In this document: piece by piece, positions 21,726-31,817 of the stretch | Numbering within the stretch: the stretch's first letter is position 1 | Layout: every line of letters begins with the position of its first letter | NCBI GenBank assembly: GCA_963749915.1 | Contig: CAVVOP010000005.1 | Span: 352,001-416,000 of the forward strand | Length of the DNA: 64,000 bases | Direction of reading: 5' to 3' | DNA from: an uncultured cyanobacterium | Lineage (GTDB): Bacteria; Cyanobacteriota; Cyanobacteriia; Cyanobacteriales; Cyanobacteriaceae | The notes under the pieces: generated by a model | Databases searched by the model: none | What the model was told of the DNA's origin: nothing | What the model saw: only the letters and a program-made list of their open reading frames with translations | Program-made: the position numbers and the translations under genes

Positions 21726-21944
21726 AAATATTTATTAATTAAACTGCTTTTGTGCATTTTTTTGTTAATTTTTTTTAAAAGCCTTTCTTGTCAAAGACTT
21801 TAGAGTTATTCGGCAGACCCTAATTAATTATATATAAAAGATTAGATCAAAATTTTAAATAATAACTTGAGACTAACTTATATATATAATATTAGAGGTA
21901 TGTTGATTTTTAACTTATTCAGATCCTAATTAGTTCGTTATTAG

Positions 21945-23168
21945 TTACGGTGCTAAAGCATGACCTCTTAACAGGCTACCAATAGTTTTAGCAGTAATTT
22001 TCATTTGTACTAAAGGATTCGCAGGTACAACGGTTTTATATAGGTAGCTGTCGAAAGTCATTTTTTGGACATCTATATCTGAACACATTTCCACAAATGC
22101 TTCGCGGGTGGCATCACTACGATAGAAAACTCTTTGTAAAATATCCAATACCAGATAAGTTGTACCGTATTGTTTATCCCAACGTTTGAGATAGGTTTTT
22201 AAATCTGCTTCAGTGGGTACTTTTTGACCGTTATTGCTAGTTTGCACAATCACTTCCGCACACATTCTAGCAGATTTAGCGGCGAAATAAATACCTTCTC
22301 CAGAAGACTTGGTAACAGTACCAGCGGCATCTCCCACTAAGGCAACTCTACCGACGACACGGCGAGGACGGGGATGTTCGGGGATGGGGTGAGCTTCAAC
22401 TTTGATGATTTCTCCACCTTCTAAGCGTTTGGCCGCCCGTTGACGAATGCCGGCTTGTAAATCTTTGATGGTGGCTTTATTGACCTTCATAGTACCGGTA
22501 CCGACGGCAACGTGGTCATATTTAGGGAATACCCAGGCATAAAAGTCAGGGGAGACATCGTTACCAACGTACATTTCCGCTAGGTCCTCATAGTATGCCA
22601 TTTTATCTTCGGGTAATTTAATTCTTTCTTGGAAGGCGATGGCATAGTTATAATCACCGGCGTCAATGGCTTTTGCAATGCGAGAGTTAGCACCGTCTGC
22701 GCCAATAACGAGATCAACTTTTAAAGTCCCCATTTCTCCTTGGGCAGTACCATTAGAATGATCTGCATAATGAAGGGTATAAGCCTCTTTATCACTGTTA
22801 GGAATATCTAATTGAAAGACAGTACCGTTAATTAAATTAGCACCCGATTTGGCGGCGCGGTCACGTAAAAAGCCGTCTAAAATTTCTCGACGACACATAC
22901 CGATATATTCACCATCCTTGAGAGTTTGACCGATATTGACTTCAATATTCGAGGGTGAAATCATTTTCATTTTACGCACTCTACGATCAATAATTTCGGG
23001 AGGTAAATCAAATTCACTCACCATACAAAGAGGAATCGCACCACCGCAGGGTTTAGCGTTATCTAACTTTCTTTCGAAAATATAGGTTTCAATTCCTGCT
23101 TTTGCTAAAACTTCTGCGGCCGAAGAACCTGCGGGACCTCCGCCTACTACTGCTACCCGAATTGTCAC
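21945..23168 (-). CDS. chlP: Geranylgeranyl reductase
   Basis: GGGPAG, AKPCGGAIPLC, GDAAG, GEGIYFAAKS. Confidence 0.97.
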   Translation of the reverse strand: MTIRVAVVGGGPAGSSAAEVLAKAGIETYIFERKLDNAKPCGGAIPLCMVSEFDLPPEIIDRRVRKMKMISPSNIEVNIGQTLKDGEYIGMCRREILDGFLRDRAAKSGANLINGTVFQLDIPNSDKEAYTLHYADHSNGTAQGEMGTLKVDLVIGADGANSRIAKAIDAGDYNYAIAFQERIKLPEDKMAYYEDLAEMYVGNDVSPDFYAWVFPKYDHVAVGTGTMKVNKATIKDLQAGIRQRAAKRLEGGEIIKVEAHPIPEHPRPRRVVGRVALVGDAAGTVTKSSGEGIYFAAKSARMCAEVIVQTSNNGQKVPTEADLKTYLKRWDKQYGTTYLVLDILQRVFYRSDATREAFVEMCSDIDVQKMTFDSYLYKTVVPANPLVQMKITAKTIGSLLRGHALAP

Positions 23169-23337
23169 GGTTATTTCTCCTAAAAATCTTTTAAATCAAT
23201 ATTGATGATAAATTGCATATAAATAGAAATTTAGGGTAAAAGGGACCCCGCTAAAAATTTTTATAGGGTTTTGCAACAGTCCTTAACAAAGTTAGTAATA
23301 TTTCTTAATATTCCTTGAGGAAAACCTATCAAATTTT

Positions 23338-24828
23338 CTATTTACCATCAACGTAGTTAAGCAACCATTTTTTTAACTGATAAGTCCCTAGACAGTCATC
23401 CTCGTTATATATTAATATATAGTCTAACCAAATGCGATCGCCTGTTTTTAACCACTGATCATACCAAAACACACATTGATCACCGCCGATTCTAACACCA
23501 TTAGAAGATATTTTGGCAGTTTTGGGATCGCGCCAATGAAAACCTAACCAGTTGCCGAGGGATTTTAAGGAGTAATTTTCTACGGGTAAGTAAAAAGAAT
23601 TAATGACTATTTTATGTAAATCCCATAAACGGCCTAACAGAGATTGCAATGAAGAAGACGGAGTTTTATAAACAGAGGCTAAACGTTTAATAGTTTCTAC
23701 TTCGTATTGAGAGTAATGGAAAATGGGTGCATGGTCATATTCACAGACAAAGTCAAGAAAATCCTGCCAAATGGTTTCTTCTTCCGTGATGGTTTCGGCC
23801 AAAAAAGTATAGTATTTTTTTTGTTGAGTTTCATTATTAACCAACAAAACTCCTAACAAATAATCAATATTGCGATCGGGTTCAGCTTCTATGTCAAAAT
23901 ATAACTCAACGGGATAATTGGGGATAGACGGCAAAGCAAGATTTTTTAAAATAGGCTGACGAGAGACAAGAGACTGACTTTGTTGATAAATATGGTTAGC
24001 AATTTCTTTATCTAAAACTCGGTTTAAATCTGAAAAGTTGGCTTGAGAAAGGCTAGGCAAATTATCAATCCCCTGACTAATTAACAACTCATGCCTTTTG
24101 GGAGTGATACCTGGAATTAAAGATAAATGTTGTTGAGACCTGGCCAAATTATAACAACCATCATACCATTGACAAAAAGTGCAACGCTGACGAGAAATAA
24201 AAACATCAGGCTCATTTTTTGCAAGTATCATAGAGAGACATTCCCTCACTAACTCCCTCGAAGAAGGAATCCAAATATTTAAGTTGAGATAATAAGGCTT
24301 GAGATGATTCCGTAAAAATATCTGCACTTTCGAAGGATTGATACCTTGAAAAAGACCTAAAATATCCCCTTGAAAAGCGGAAATCAATTTATATTCAGGT
24401 TTAATATTTTTGCCAAGATGAGTATTAACGGAAAAATAACTCCAATCACCCCAACGAGAAGGAATATCTTGCTTAATCAATAAGGTGGGGGAAATCATAA
24501 AGGTAACTTCTTCTTCGGCGTCGATAAAATCTTTAACCCTATAAGTAATAACCCCTTGATAAATGCATTCAACTCCTTGACGCATTAAATCTTCAGTAAT
24601 TAAAGCGAGAGTTAAATCATTTTCCCTATCCTCGGTTAAGGCTTTGGGTTGATGATAAGGTAAACCATAAATTTGTAAAACTTGCCAACTATGGGATTCT
24701 CTTTCTTCCCCCAACTTTAAAAGAAACTCTTTTTCTGATTGTTTCTGACTTTCTTCCCCATAAACATTGAGAAAGGCACGACGATGACAACGTTTATATT
24801 GAAACAATAACTCATCAGTCAGTAACAT
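23338..24828 (-). CDS. TM0106 family RecB-like nuclease with RNase H-like C-terminus
   Basis: CHRRAFL, CTFCQW, YFDIE, HYSQYE, YSLKSL, YNEDDC. Confidence 0.88.
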   Translation of the reverse strand: MLLTDELLFQYKRCHRRAFLNVYGEESQKQSEKEFLLKLGEERESHSWQVLQIYGLPYHQPKALTEDRENDLTLALITEDLMRQGVECIYQGVITYRVKDFIDAEEEVTFMISPTLLIKQDIPSRWGDWSYFSVNTHLGKNIKPEYKLISAFQGDILGLFQGINPSKVQIFLRNHLKPYYLNLNIWIPSSRELVRECLSMILAKNEPDVFISRQRCTFCQWYDGCYNLARSQQHLSLIPGITPKRHELLISQGIDNLPSLSQANFSDLNRVLDKEIANHIYQQSQSLVSRQPILKNLALPSIPNYPVELYFDIEAEPDRNIDYLLGVLLVNNETQQKKYYTFLAETITEEETIWQDFLDFVCEYDHAPIFHYSQYEVETIKRLASVYKTPSSSLQSLLGRLWDLHKIVINSFYLPVENYSLKSLGNWLGFHWRDPKTAKISSNGVRIGGDQCVFWYDQWLKTGDRIWLDYILIYNEDDCLGTYQLKKWLLNYVDGK

Positions 24829-25092
24829 TTATACAATTAATAGTTTTATTGAATTAATAGTTGATAATTATGGTTCTTCAAGTTTGAGTCTGATCGATTT
24901 TCTCTAAAAAAGAGGCGATGGAGAATGGATACTCTTGCAATAGAGAAAAGCAAAAAGTAAAAGTTATTAAAGTCTTGAGCCACTTTTTTCTTGTTTCATA
25001 GGCCTCCTCAATTATATTAGAAAATACTCCAGTTTCAATCTAGATGCTTAGTTGTTTTCCTCTCTAATCCCCAATCCCTAATCCCTAATCTA

Positions 25093-25212
25093 ACTTGAAA
25101 GTACACACTTTCATGTCATGCTTGGGGAGGAAATTTTTTTCATGACGACTGACTTGAAAGTGCCAACTTTCATCTCTGATGGTGAAAATTTTTTTTCATG
25201 GGGACTGCCTTG
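25093..25212. repeat. Two diverged 56-59-bp direct repeats, each with a perfect TGAAAGT-N4-ACTTTCA palindrome
   Basis: Units start at 25093 and 25152; preceded by (CCTAATC)-type heptamers. Confidence 0.8.
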
Positions 25213-25323
25213 TCCAAAAATTTTCGTCGAACTGACGATATAATTGGACTAGACAAACAATAACACAGTTATCTATCATTCATCAATAAACTCCTTAATT
25301 TTTTGCAGTAGCAAGCCATACCG

Positions 25324-25481
25324 ATGCCTTCTAATTCTGTTTCAGAAAACATGATTGGGCAACCCAGCCAAAATAGGACTGCCCCGGCCTCAATCGTTAC
25401 CATGTATGGCTCCGATCGCCTCTGGGATTGGTTGAACGAGTCTCAGATCGGCATTGCATTTACAACTTATCAAACAAATCG
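25324..25481 (+). pseudogene. N-terminal fragment of a TIGR03032 (DUF4915)-like protein
   Basis: DWLNESQIGIAFTTYQTNR resembles the family N-terminus, then similarity stops. Confidence 0.55.
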
Positions 25482-25658
25482 TCAAAATTTTTTCCGAATT
25501 ACCCTTACCGATAACCTTTGTAAAAAAACTACCCTTGTCAGGAAGGTACTCACAAGAATAATTCACTACTAAGGAAGTCGATAAACATATTGTTATTAGT
25601 ACAGAAATAGGCTAAATTCGAATTCTATTCTCAAAAACTGTTAACTCTTAATTTACGG

Positions 25659-26177
25659 ATGTTAATTATGAATATCTCAATGTATCAAGCATCAATCCCA
25701 CCTTTGACTCATTCCCTATCAAATCTGGTTCATATTTTAGAAAAAGCATTAACCCACGCAGAAGAAAAGAAAATAGAACAGTCTGCATTAATCGATTTCC
25801 GTCTTTATCCCGATATGTTTCCTTTAAAAAAACAAGTACAAATTGCTTCTGATATATCCAGAAGAGGAGTTGCTCGATTAGCTGGCGTGCAAGCTCCGGC
25901 CATGGAAGATAATGAAACTACTTTTGCCGAATTAATAGACAGAACCAAAAATACTATTGCTTATCTAAAAACTTTTAAACCAGAGCAAATTGATGGTACT
26001 GAAGACAAAATAATTGAATTACCAATAGGTCAAGAAAAATTCACTTTTAAGGGAATGTCCTTTCTACTCTATTTTGTGATGCCTAATGTTTACTTTCATG
26101 TAACTACCACCTATGACATTCTCAGACATTGTGGTGTCGAACTTGGTAAGCGTGATTTTCTCGGTAGTTCACAGTAA
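25659..26177 (+). CDS. DUF1993 family protein
   Basis: RLYPDMFPL, PNVYFHVTTTYDILRHCGVELGKRDF. Confidence 0.92.
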   Translation: MLIMNISMYQASIPPLTHSLSNLVHILEKALTHAEEKKIEQSALIDFRLYPDMFPLKKQVQIASDISRRGVARLAGVQAPAMEDNETTFAELIDRTKNTIAYLKTFKPEQIDGTEDKIIELPIGQEKFTFKGMSFLLYFVMPNVYFHVTTTYDILRHCGVELGKRDFLGSSQ

Positions 26178-26418
26178 CTATTGCCAACCTAATGTATAAG
26201 TATTTCCGGGGTGTTAGTAGTAACGGATAGGTAGGTTCGATGGAAGGTATTGTTTAAGGATGCTTCCATCGTAAGAATGGTTTGTTCATCACTAATTCCA
26301 ATGGTTTTTAACAAGTCTCCACAGCGATCGCACTATTTTCAAGGTTATTGTGATTATAGCTCTTGTTAGAACTGGAATGTTAGCCAATTTGGGCATCTCA
26401 GCCTTCTCATGAATAATT

Positions 26419-26565
26419 CAGGTTAAGCAACGCTTGAAAAATCGATTTTCAAAAGTGCCAACAAATCGCAGTCTGGCAGATGAATTGTTGTCAGAATCGG
26501 TAATGTCGAGTGTGAACTGGGCAGAAGTAGTCCAGAAGTCGATCGCAGCAAAAATTAATGTAGAA
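26419..26565 (+). pseudogene. Fused AbrB-antitoxin / VapC remnant
   Basis: ...RFSKVPTNRSLADEL running directly into SVMSSVNWAEVVQK. Confidence 0.5.
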
Positions 26566-26626
26566 CGTGCGGAAAATTGCTTATATAAGAATTGAATAAG
26601 AAAAAAGATTGCAAGAGTTCATATCC

Positions 26627-28720
26627 TCAAGAAGCTTGGGCAATCAAGACCACACAGGAGCGAGCTTCAACGTAATAGTTATCCTCTGTGTGGGGTGATG
26701 TTGTGCCCAATTCGCAGAACGTCTCCGGCAGAGATAAGGCTGTATTTACCACCCAGTGCCAGTGCTCTCCCTTGCCCAACAAGGGCAGTTCAAACTCTAG
26801 TGCCTCCCAATAGGCATTGAGCATGACGTGTAGGTATTCGTTGGCTTGGGGATGGCGCAGGGAAAAGGCGAGGCTGCGGGACTGATCACCCCAGTCCGGC
26901 TGTCCTAACTTGACTCCGTGCCAGCTAATATGTGGTTCTCGGCTAGCATAGGCCACTCGGAGGCGAGTTTCCTGGCGGAATACCTCTAATCCTTGAATGA
27001 AGTTAACTAACCGCCGCAGGAAGCACCATAAATCGAACTGTGCGTCAACCTGACTCCAATCAAACCAACTCAATTCGTTGTCTTGGCAGTAGGTATTGTT
27101 ATTACCCTTTTGCGTGCGCCGCACTTCGTCTCCCATCAGGAGCATCGGCGTTCCCTGAGACAGAAAGAGAATGGTCAGGAAATTCTTAATTTGCCGTAGC
27201 CGTAAAGCTTCGATTTCAGAGCTATTTGTCTCGCCTTCTTCACCGCAATTCCAGCTAAAGTTATCATTGGCCCCATCCCGATTGCTCTCCCGATTAGCTT
27301 CATTGTGCTTATGGTTATAGGAAACGAGGTCGTTAAGGGTAAAGCCGTCGTGACAGGTGATGAAGTTGATACTACGGTTAATATCCGTATCCTGCCGCTG
27401 GTAGATGTCGGGACTGCCTAAAATTCTCGCAGCCAGCGTCCTGACCATGCCTGCGTCTCCCTTAACAAAGCGGCGTACGTCATCCCGAAAGGGCCCGTTC
27501 CACTCGGCAAACCAGTCGGCATACTTCACAAAACCTCCCACGGCGTACAGCCCCGCCGCATCCCAGGCTTCAGCAATCAGTTTCGTCCCCGCTAGGACTG
27601 CGTCTGATTCCATAATCCAGAGAATGCTAATGGTGCTCCCTTGTTGTTGGGCACGAATTGGCTGTCCTTGAGCATCCCGTGCTAGCACAGCAGCCAAGTC
27701 GAAGCGGAAGCCATCTACGTGCATTTCTGACACCCAATAGCGCAGGGAATCTAAAATCAGGCGCCCGCCGATGGGGTGATTACCCTTAAAAGTGTTACCG
27801 CAGCCGCTATAGTTAGTGTAAGCTGACGGGTTATCGGATTCCAGGATGTAGTAAGTCGGGTTGTCCAGTCCCCGGAAGGAGAGGGTCGGTCCCTTTTCGT
27901 TCCCTTCCGCCGTGTGGTTGAACACGACATCGAGGATGACTTCAATTCTCTCTCGGTGCAACGCCTTGACCAGATCCCGAAATTCGTTGAGAGGGCCGAG
28001 GGGATCCTTATTGGCACTGTAATCCCGATGGGGTGCAAAGAAATTGGTAGTATTATAGCCCCAGTAATTCGTCAGCCCGTCCGGGGCTGATTCTGGGTCG
28101 AAATAGTGGACGGGAAGCAATTCAACGGCGGTAATGCCCAAATTTTTTAGGTAAGGAATTTTTTCCCTCAGACCGGCAAAAGTTCCCCGCTTTTCCGGAG
28201 CGATGCCCGAAGTGGGATGGCGAGTAAAGCCGCCGACGTGCATTTCGTAGATGACGGTGCTGGCGTAGGAGTGGCGCAAGGGGCGGTCTCCCTCCCAGTC
28301 GTAGGTACTCAGATCGACGACAATACCCCGCAAAGCTTGGGCACAGTTATCTTTTCCTGGCTCCCGGGCAGCTTGGCGATCGTAAATCGAGTAGCCAACA
28401 ATTGCCTTGGCATAGGGGTCTAGTAATACCTTAGTGGGGTCAAAGCGGAGCCCTTTCGACCGCTGGTCTGAACCGTAGGCACGATAGGCGTAAACCTGCC
28501 CTGCCTTGAGTCCCTTGACAAAAACGTGCCAGTAGTAATAAGTGCGGTTCTGTTCAGGTGTGAGGCTAACGATCTGGGCGGGTTGGGGATCGTTGGGTGC
28601 TGCAAACAAAAGTAGTTCGATTTTTTCAGCGTGTTGGGAAAAGAGGGAGAAGTTAATGCCATCGGGACAAACTGTTGCTCCGAGGGGATAACTCTGACCG
28701 GGTAAGATAGAAAAATTCAT
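26627..28720 (-). CDS. glgX: Glycogen debranching enzyme / isoamylase (GH13)
   Basis: YPLGAT, NYWGY, DVVFNHT, DGFRFDLA, AEAWD, CHDGFTLND, SWNCG. Confidence 0.96.
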   Translation of the reverse strand: MNFSILPGQSYPLGATVCPDGINFSLFSQHAEKIELLLFAAPNDPQPAQIVSLTPEQNRTYYYWHVFVKGLKAGQVYAYRAYGSDQRSKGLRFDPTKVLLDPYAKAIVGYSIYDRQAAREPGKDNCAQALRGIVVDLSTYDWEGDRPLRHSYASTVIYEMHVGGFTRHPTSGIAPEKRGTFAGLREKIPYLKNLGITAVELLPVHYFDPESAPDGLTNYWGYNTTNFFAPHRDYSANKDPLGPLNEFRDLVKALHRERIEVILDVVFNHTAEGNEKGPTLSFRGLDNPTYYILESDNPSAYTNYSGCGNTFKGNHPIGGRLILDSLRYWVSEMHVDGFRFDLAAVLARDAQGQPIRAQQQGSTISILWIMESDAVLAGTKLIAEAWDAAGLYAVGGFVKYADWFAEWNGPFRDDVRRFVKGDAGMVRTLAARILGSPDIYQRQDTDINRSINFITCHDGFTLNDLVSYNHKHNEANRESNRDGANDNFSWNCGEEGETNSSEIEALRLRQIKNFLTILFLSQGTPMLLMGDEVRRTQKGNNNTYCQDNELSWFDWSQVDAQFDLWCFLRRLVNFIQGLEVFRQETRLRVAYASREPHISWHGVKLGQPDWGDQSRSLAFSLRHPQANEYLHVMLNAYWEALEFELPLLGKGEHWHWVVNTALSLPETFCELGTTSPHTEDNYYVEARSCVVLIAQAS

Positions 28721-28997
28721 CTTGCTAATCTTAAGTATTAGATGACATTGCTATTAATTTTCAGTCTAATTTTCAGTCTATTGATGAGGGCCGTGAGTGA
28801 GCATATATATCTTAGCTCAGGAATTGTCGTTTATATTCTATACTTTTGCAGTTTTTTGTAAATGATTTGTAATTTTTATACTCAGAGACAAAAAAATTAA
28901 TAAATACTATTTTAGTAAGGGTGATCGTGTAAGAGGTAAGTCAATCTGACACTTCACTGCCATTTTCGCCATCATTGATTGAGTCCTGATGATAGAG

Positions 28998-31123
28998 CCC
29001 ACATTCCACACGTCAAACTGTATAATTTCAGATTATGAAATTAGAGACTGAAAAGTGACTATCAAAAGAAACTCTCAGTATGTTTTTTAAGTAAAAATAC
29101 TCAGTTACAAGTTAGTTCTCTAAATAATTAAGAGAACTTAGATAAATTATTATAAAACTAAGCCTATTAAAGGGATAATTAAATTAAGTTTTTAAGGGAA
29201 TTTTGATGATGATTTCCTCAGAAGAAATACAAGTTCAAACTATTAATCATTTAGGATTAATCGCTGGAATTATAGATGAAATTGGCCTTGAAAAAATTAT
29301 TAATGATGCCCTTGGGATTGACGAGAGGGAAATTGTCACAGCTGGTCAAATAGTCAAAGCAATTATACTTAATGGATTAGGATTTATTTCTCGCCCTCTT
29401 TATCTATTTCCACAGTTTTTTGAAGACAAAGCCACGGAACATTTAATCGGAAAAGGAATACTACCAGAACATTTGAATGATGATAGGATTGGGAGAATAA
29501 TGGATAAACTTTATGAGAAAGGATTATCTTCATTATTTTTAATAATAGCTTTGGCCGTAGTAAAAAAATATAAGATCAACATCGATTTTTCCCATTTGGA
29601 TTCAACTTCTTTTGCGGTAGAGGGCAAATATAGTCAAGAAAAAATTACCGGCAATTTTGTTAAAGAAAATACACAACAAGAGCTAATAAATCAAATTCCA
29701 ATTAAGATAATTAGAGGTTATTCCCGTGACCATAGACCAGATTTAAAACAATTTATTCTGGATTTAATTGTAAGTAGTGATGGCGATATTCCCTTATTTT
29801 TAAGAGTAGCAGACGGCGATGAAAATGATAAAGCAATGTTCGGAAAAATAGCTTCTGAATACAAATCAATGATAGATTTTGAGACAATGATAGTGGGTGA
29901 TAGTGCTTTATATACAGAAAATAACCTCAAATTAATGAACGGAATGGAATGGTTATCAAGAGTTCCATTATCAATAAAAGATGCCCTCAATTTGGTTTCA
30001 GAATTACCATCATCTGATTTTATTCCTAGTAGTTTAGAGGGATATTCATGGTATGAAGTAAGGAATAATTACGCAGAAATTGAACAGAGATGGCTAATAG
30101 TAGAAAGTGGAAAAAGAAAAGTATCAGAATCTTGAAAAACTTAGAAAAAATATAGAGAAAGAAAAAGAAAAAACGGAAGAAAAATTGAAGAAATTGATGA
30201 AAGAAGAATTTAGCTCGTCACCAGGAGCAGAAGAAATAATATTGAGACTGAATAAGACGTTAAAATATCATCAAATAACCGAGATAAAAATTAGCTGCAT
30301 TGAATTAAATAATCAAAAGAAAAAAACAAAAAAGAAAGAAGAAAAACTCGGAAAATTTTATCAAATTAGTGCTGTTTTAAAATCAGATTTAACCAAAATA
30401 ACGGAATTAGAAAAAAGAGCAGGAAGATTTGTGTTAGCCACAAATAGATTAGATAAAAATAAAATTAGTTCAGATGAAATAATAATTAAGTATAAAGAGC
30501 AACAATCAGCAGAAAGAGGTTTTGGTTTCTTAAAAGATCCATTATTTTTTGCAGATAGTGTGTTTTTAAAAACCCCAAAAAGAATCGAAACAATGGCAAT
30601 GTGTTTTTGGGGTTATGTCTCTTGGTATATTCTTTGGGGCAAAGAGAAGTGCGTCGCGTATTAAAGGAGAGAAAAACGGGGATAAAAAATCAGCTAGGAA
30701 AACTAACGGAACGTCCAAGGTTAAGATGGATATTTCAATGTTTTCAGGGGATTCATTTAGTAATAAATCAAGGAATAAAACAGATAGTAAATCTAACAAA
30801 TGAACGAAAACTAATTTTAAGTTTTTTCCCGATTTCTTGTCATAATTATTATATTTTATCTGGATAACTTATGGGATTTAAGAGTCTAAATATTCTCAAT
30901 TATAATACCATAAATAAAGAATAGAAAACTGATAGATTTGCTCTGTTTATTTATTCTCATTAAAGGTGAAGTTATTGACAATGAGATTTTAATTTGAGCA
31001 AAGTTCGCGAATATAAAACGCGAACAAAGAAGATATTGAGTATTATTACTTATATTTTGTCCAAAATAAGTTGCTTGGTTTTAATACTTTTATCATCTTA
31101 CAAAGTGAAGTGCGAAATGTGGG
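28998..31123 (+). mobile_element. IS1634-family element, copy 1 (transposase with two frameshifts)
   Basis: IRs CCCACATTCCACACGTCA / TGAAGTGCGAAATGTGGG; split ORFs 29203-30135, 30107-30664 and 30601-30867 collinear with copy 2. Confidence 0.93.
29203..30867 (+). pseudogene. IS1634 transposase pseudogene
   Basis: HLDSTSF, GYSRDHRPDLKQ, ERGFGFLKDP; frameshifts near 30130 and 30602. Confidence 0.9.
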
Positions 31124-31296
31124 ATTAAAGATTGGGGACTTTTTGATTATTGCGGCGATCGTCCTAGTTTGTATTATTCTTGTTGTCCGACTTCATGGAG
31201 GAGATAGCTTCGTATCTCTGTTAAAATTCTGTTTGGTATTGACTGTGGCTTCCGTTCCCGTTGCCATGCCCACAGTTCTCTCCATTAGTATGGCAG
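31124..31296 (+). pseudogene. P-type (H+-type) ATPase TM3-TM4 fragment
   Basis: [22 protein letters not shown]. Confidence 0.75.
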
Positions 31297-31770
31297 TACG
31301 ATAATGTAGCTTATGGAGCAAGAATTAATAAATATAAAGGGGATTTAGACGAATTAGTGGAAAATTCTCTTAAACGTGCCGCTTTGTGGGATGAAGTTAA
31401 AGATAAATTAGGTGAAAGTGGTTTTTCTTTATCTGGTGAACAACAACAGAGATTATGTATTGCTCGTACCATTGCTGCCCAACCTGAAGTAATATTAATG
31501 GATGAACCTTGTTCAGCATTAGACCCTCTTTCTACTCTAAAAATAGAAGAATTAATGCACGAATCAAAGGCAAACTACACTATCGTCATTGTTACTCATA
31601 ATATGCAGCAAGCGACTAGAGTAGCTGAGATGACGGCGTTTTTTAATGCTGAAGCATTAGGGAAAGGCAGTAAAGTTGGCTATTTAGTTGAATATGACCA
31701 AACAGATGTAATTTTTGGTAGCCCCAAAGAAGAAACAACCAGAGATTATGTAAGTGGTAGCTTTGGTTAA
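31297..31770 (+). pseudogene. pstB: C-terminal fragment of phosphate ABC ATPase PstB
   Basis: [29 protein letters not shown] (degenerate signature), [17 protein letters not shown]; no Walker A. Confidence 0.85.
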
Positions 31771-31817
31771 TGCCAGTAAGCTGCCCATAAAATTTCTGGA
31801 TTTTCAAATTTAGAAAC

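Noticed and set aside
25093..25212. CRISPR mini-array (TTGAAAG-containing repeats)
   Set aside because: Only two units, the inter-palindrome sequence is itself partly repeated, and no cas genes are in the window
30100..30620. Programmed frameshifting in IS1634 copy 1
   Set aside because: Copy 2 is one continuous ORF, so the two shifts look like mutations or sequencing errors
31071..31304. 77-aa membrane ORF as a real gene
   Set aside because: Chimera of the IS end and an ATPase fragment; ORFs 36863-37078 and the 5' end of 39028-39627 are likewise IS read-ins
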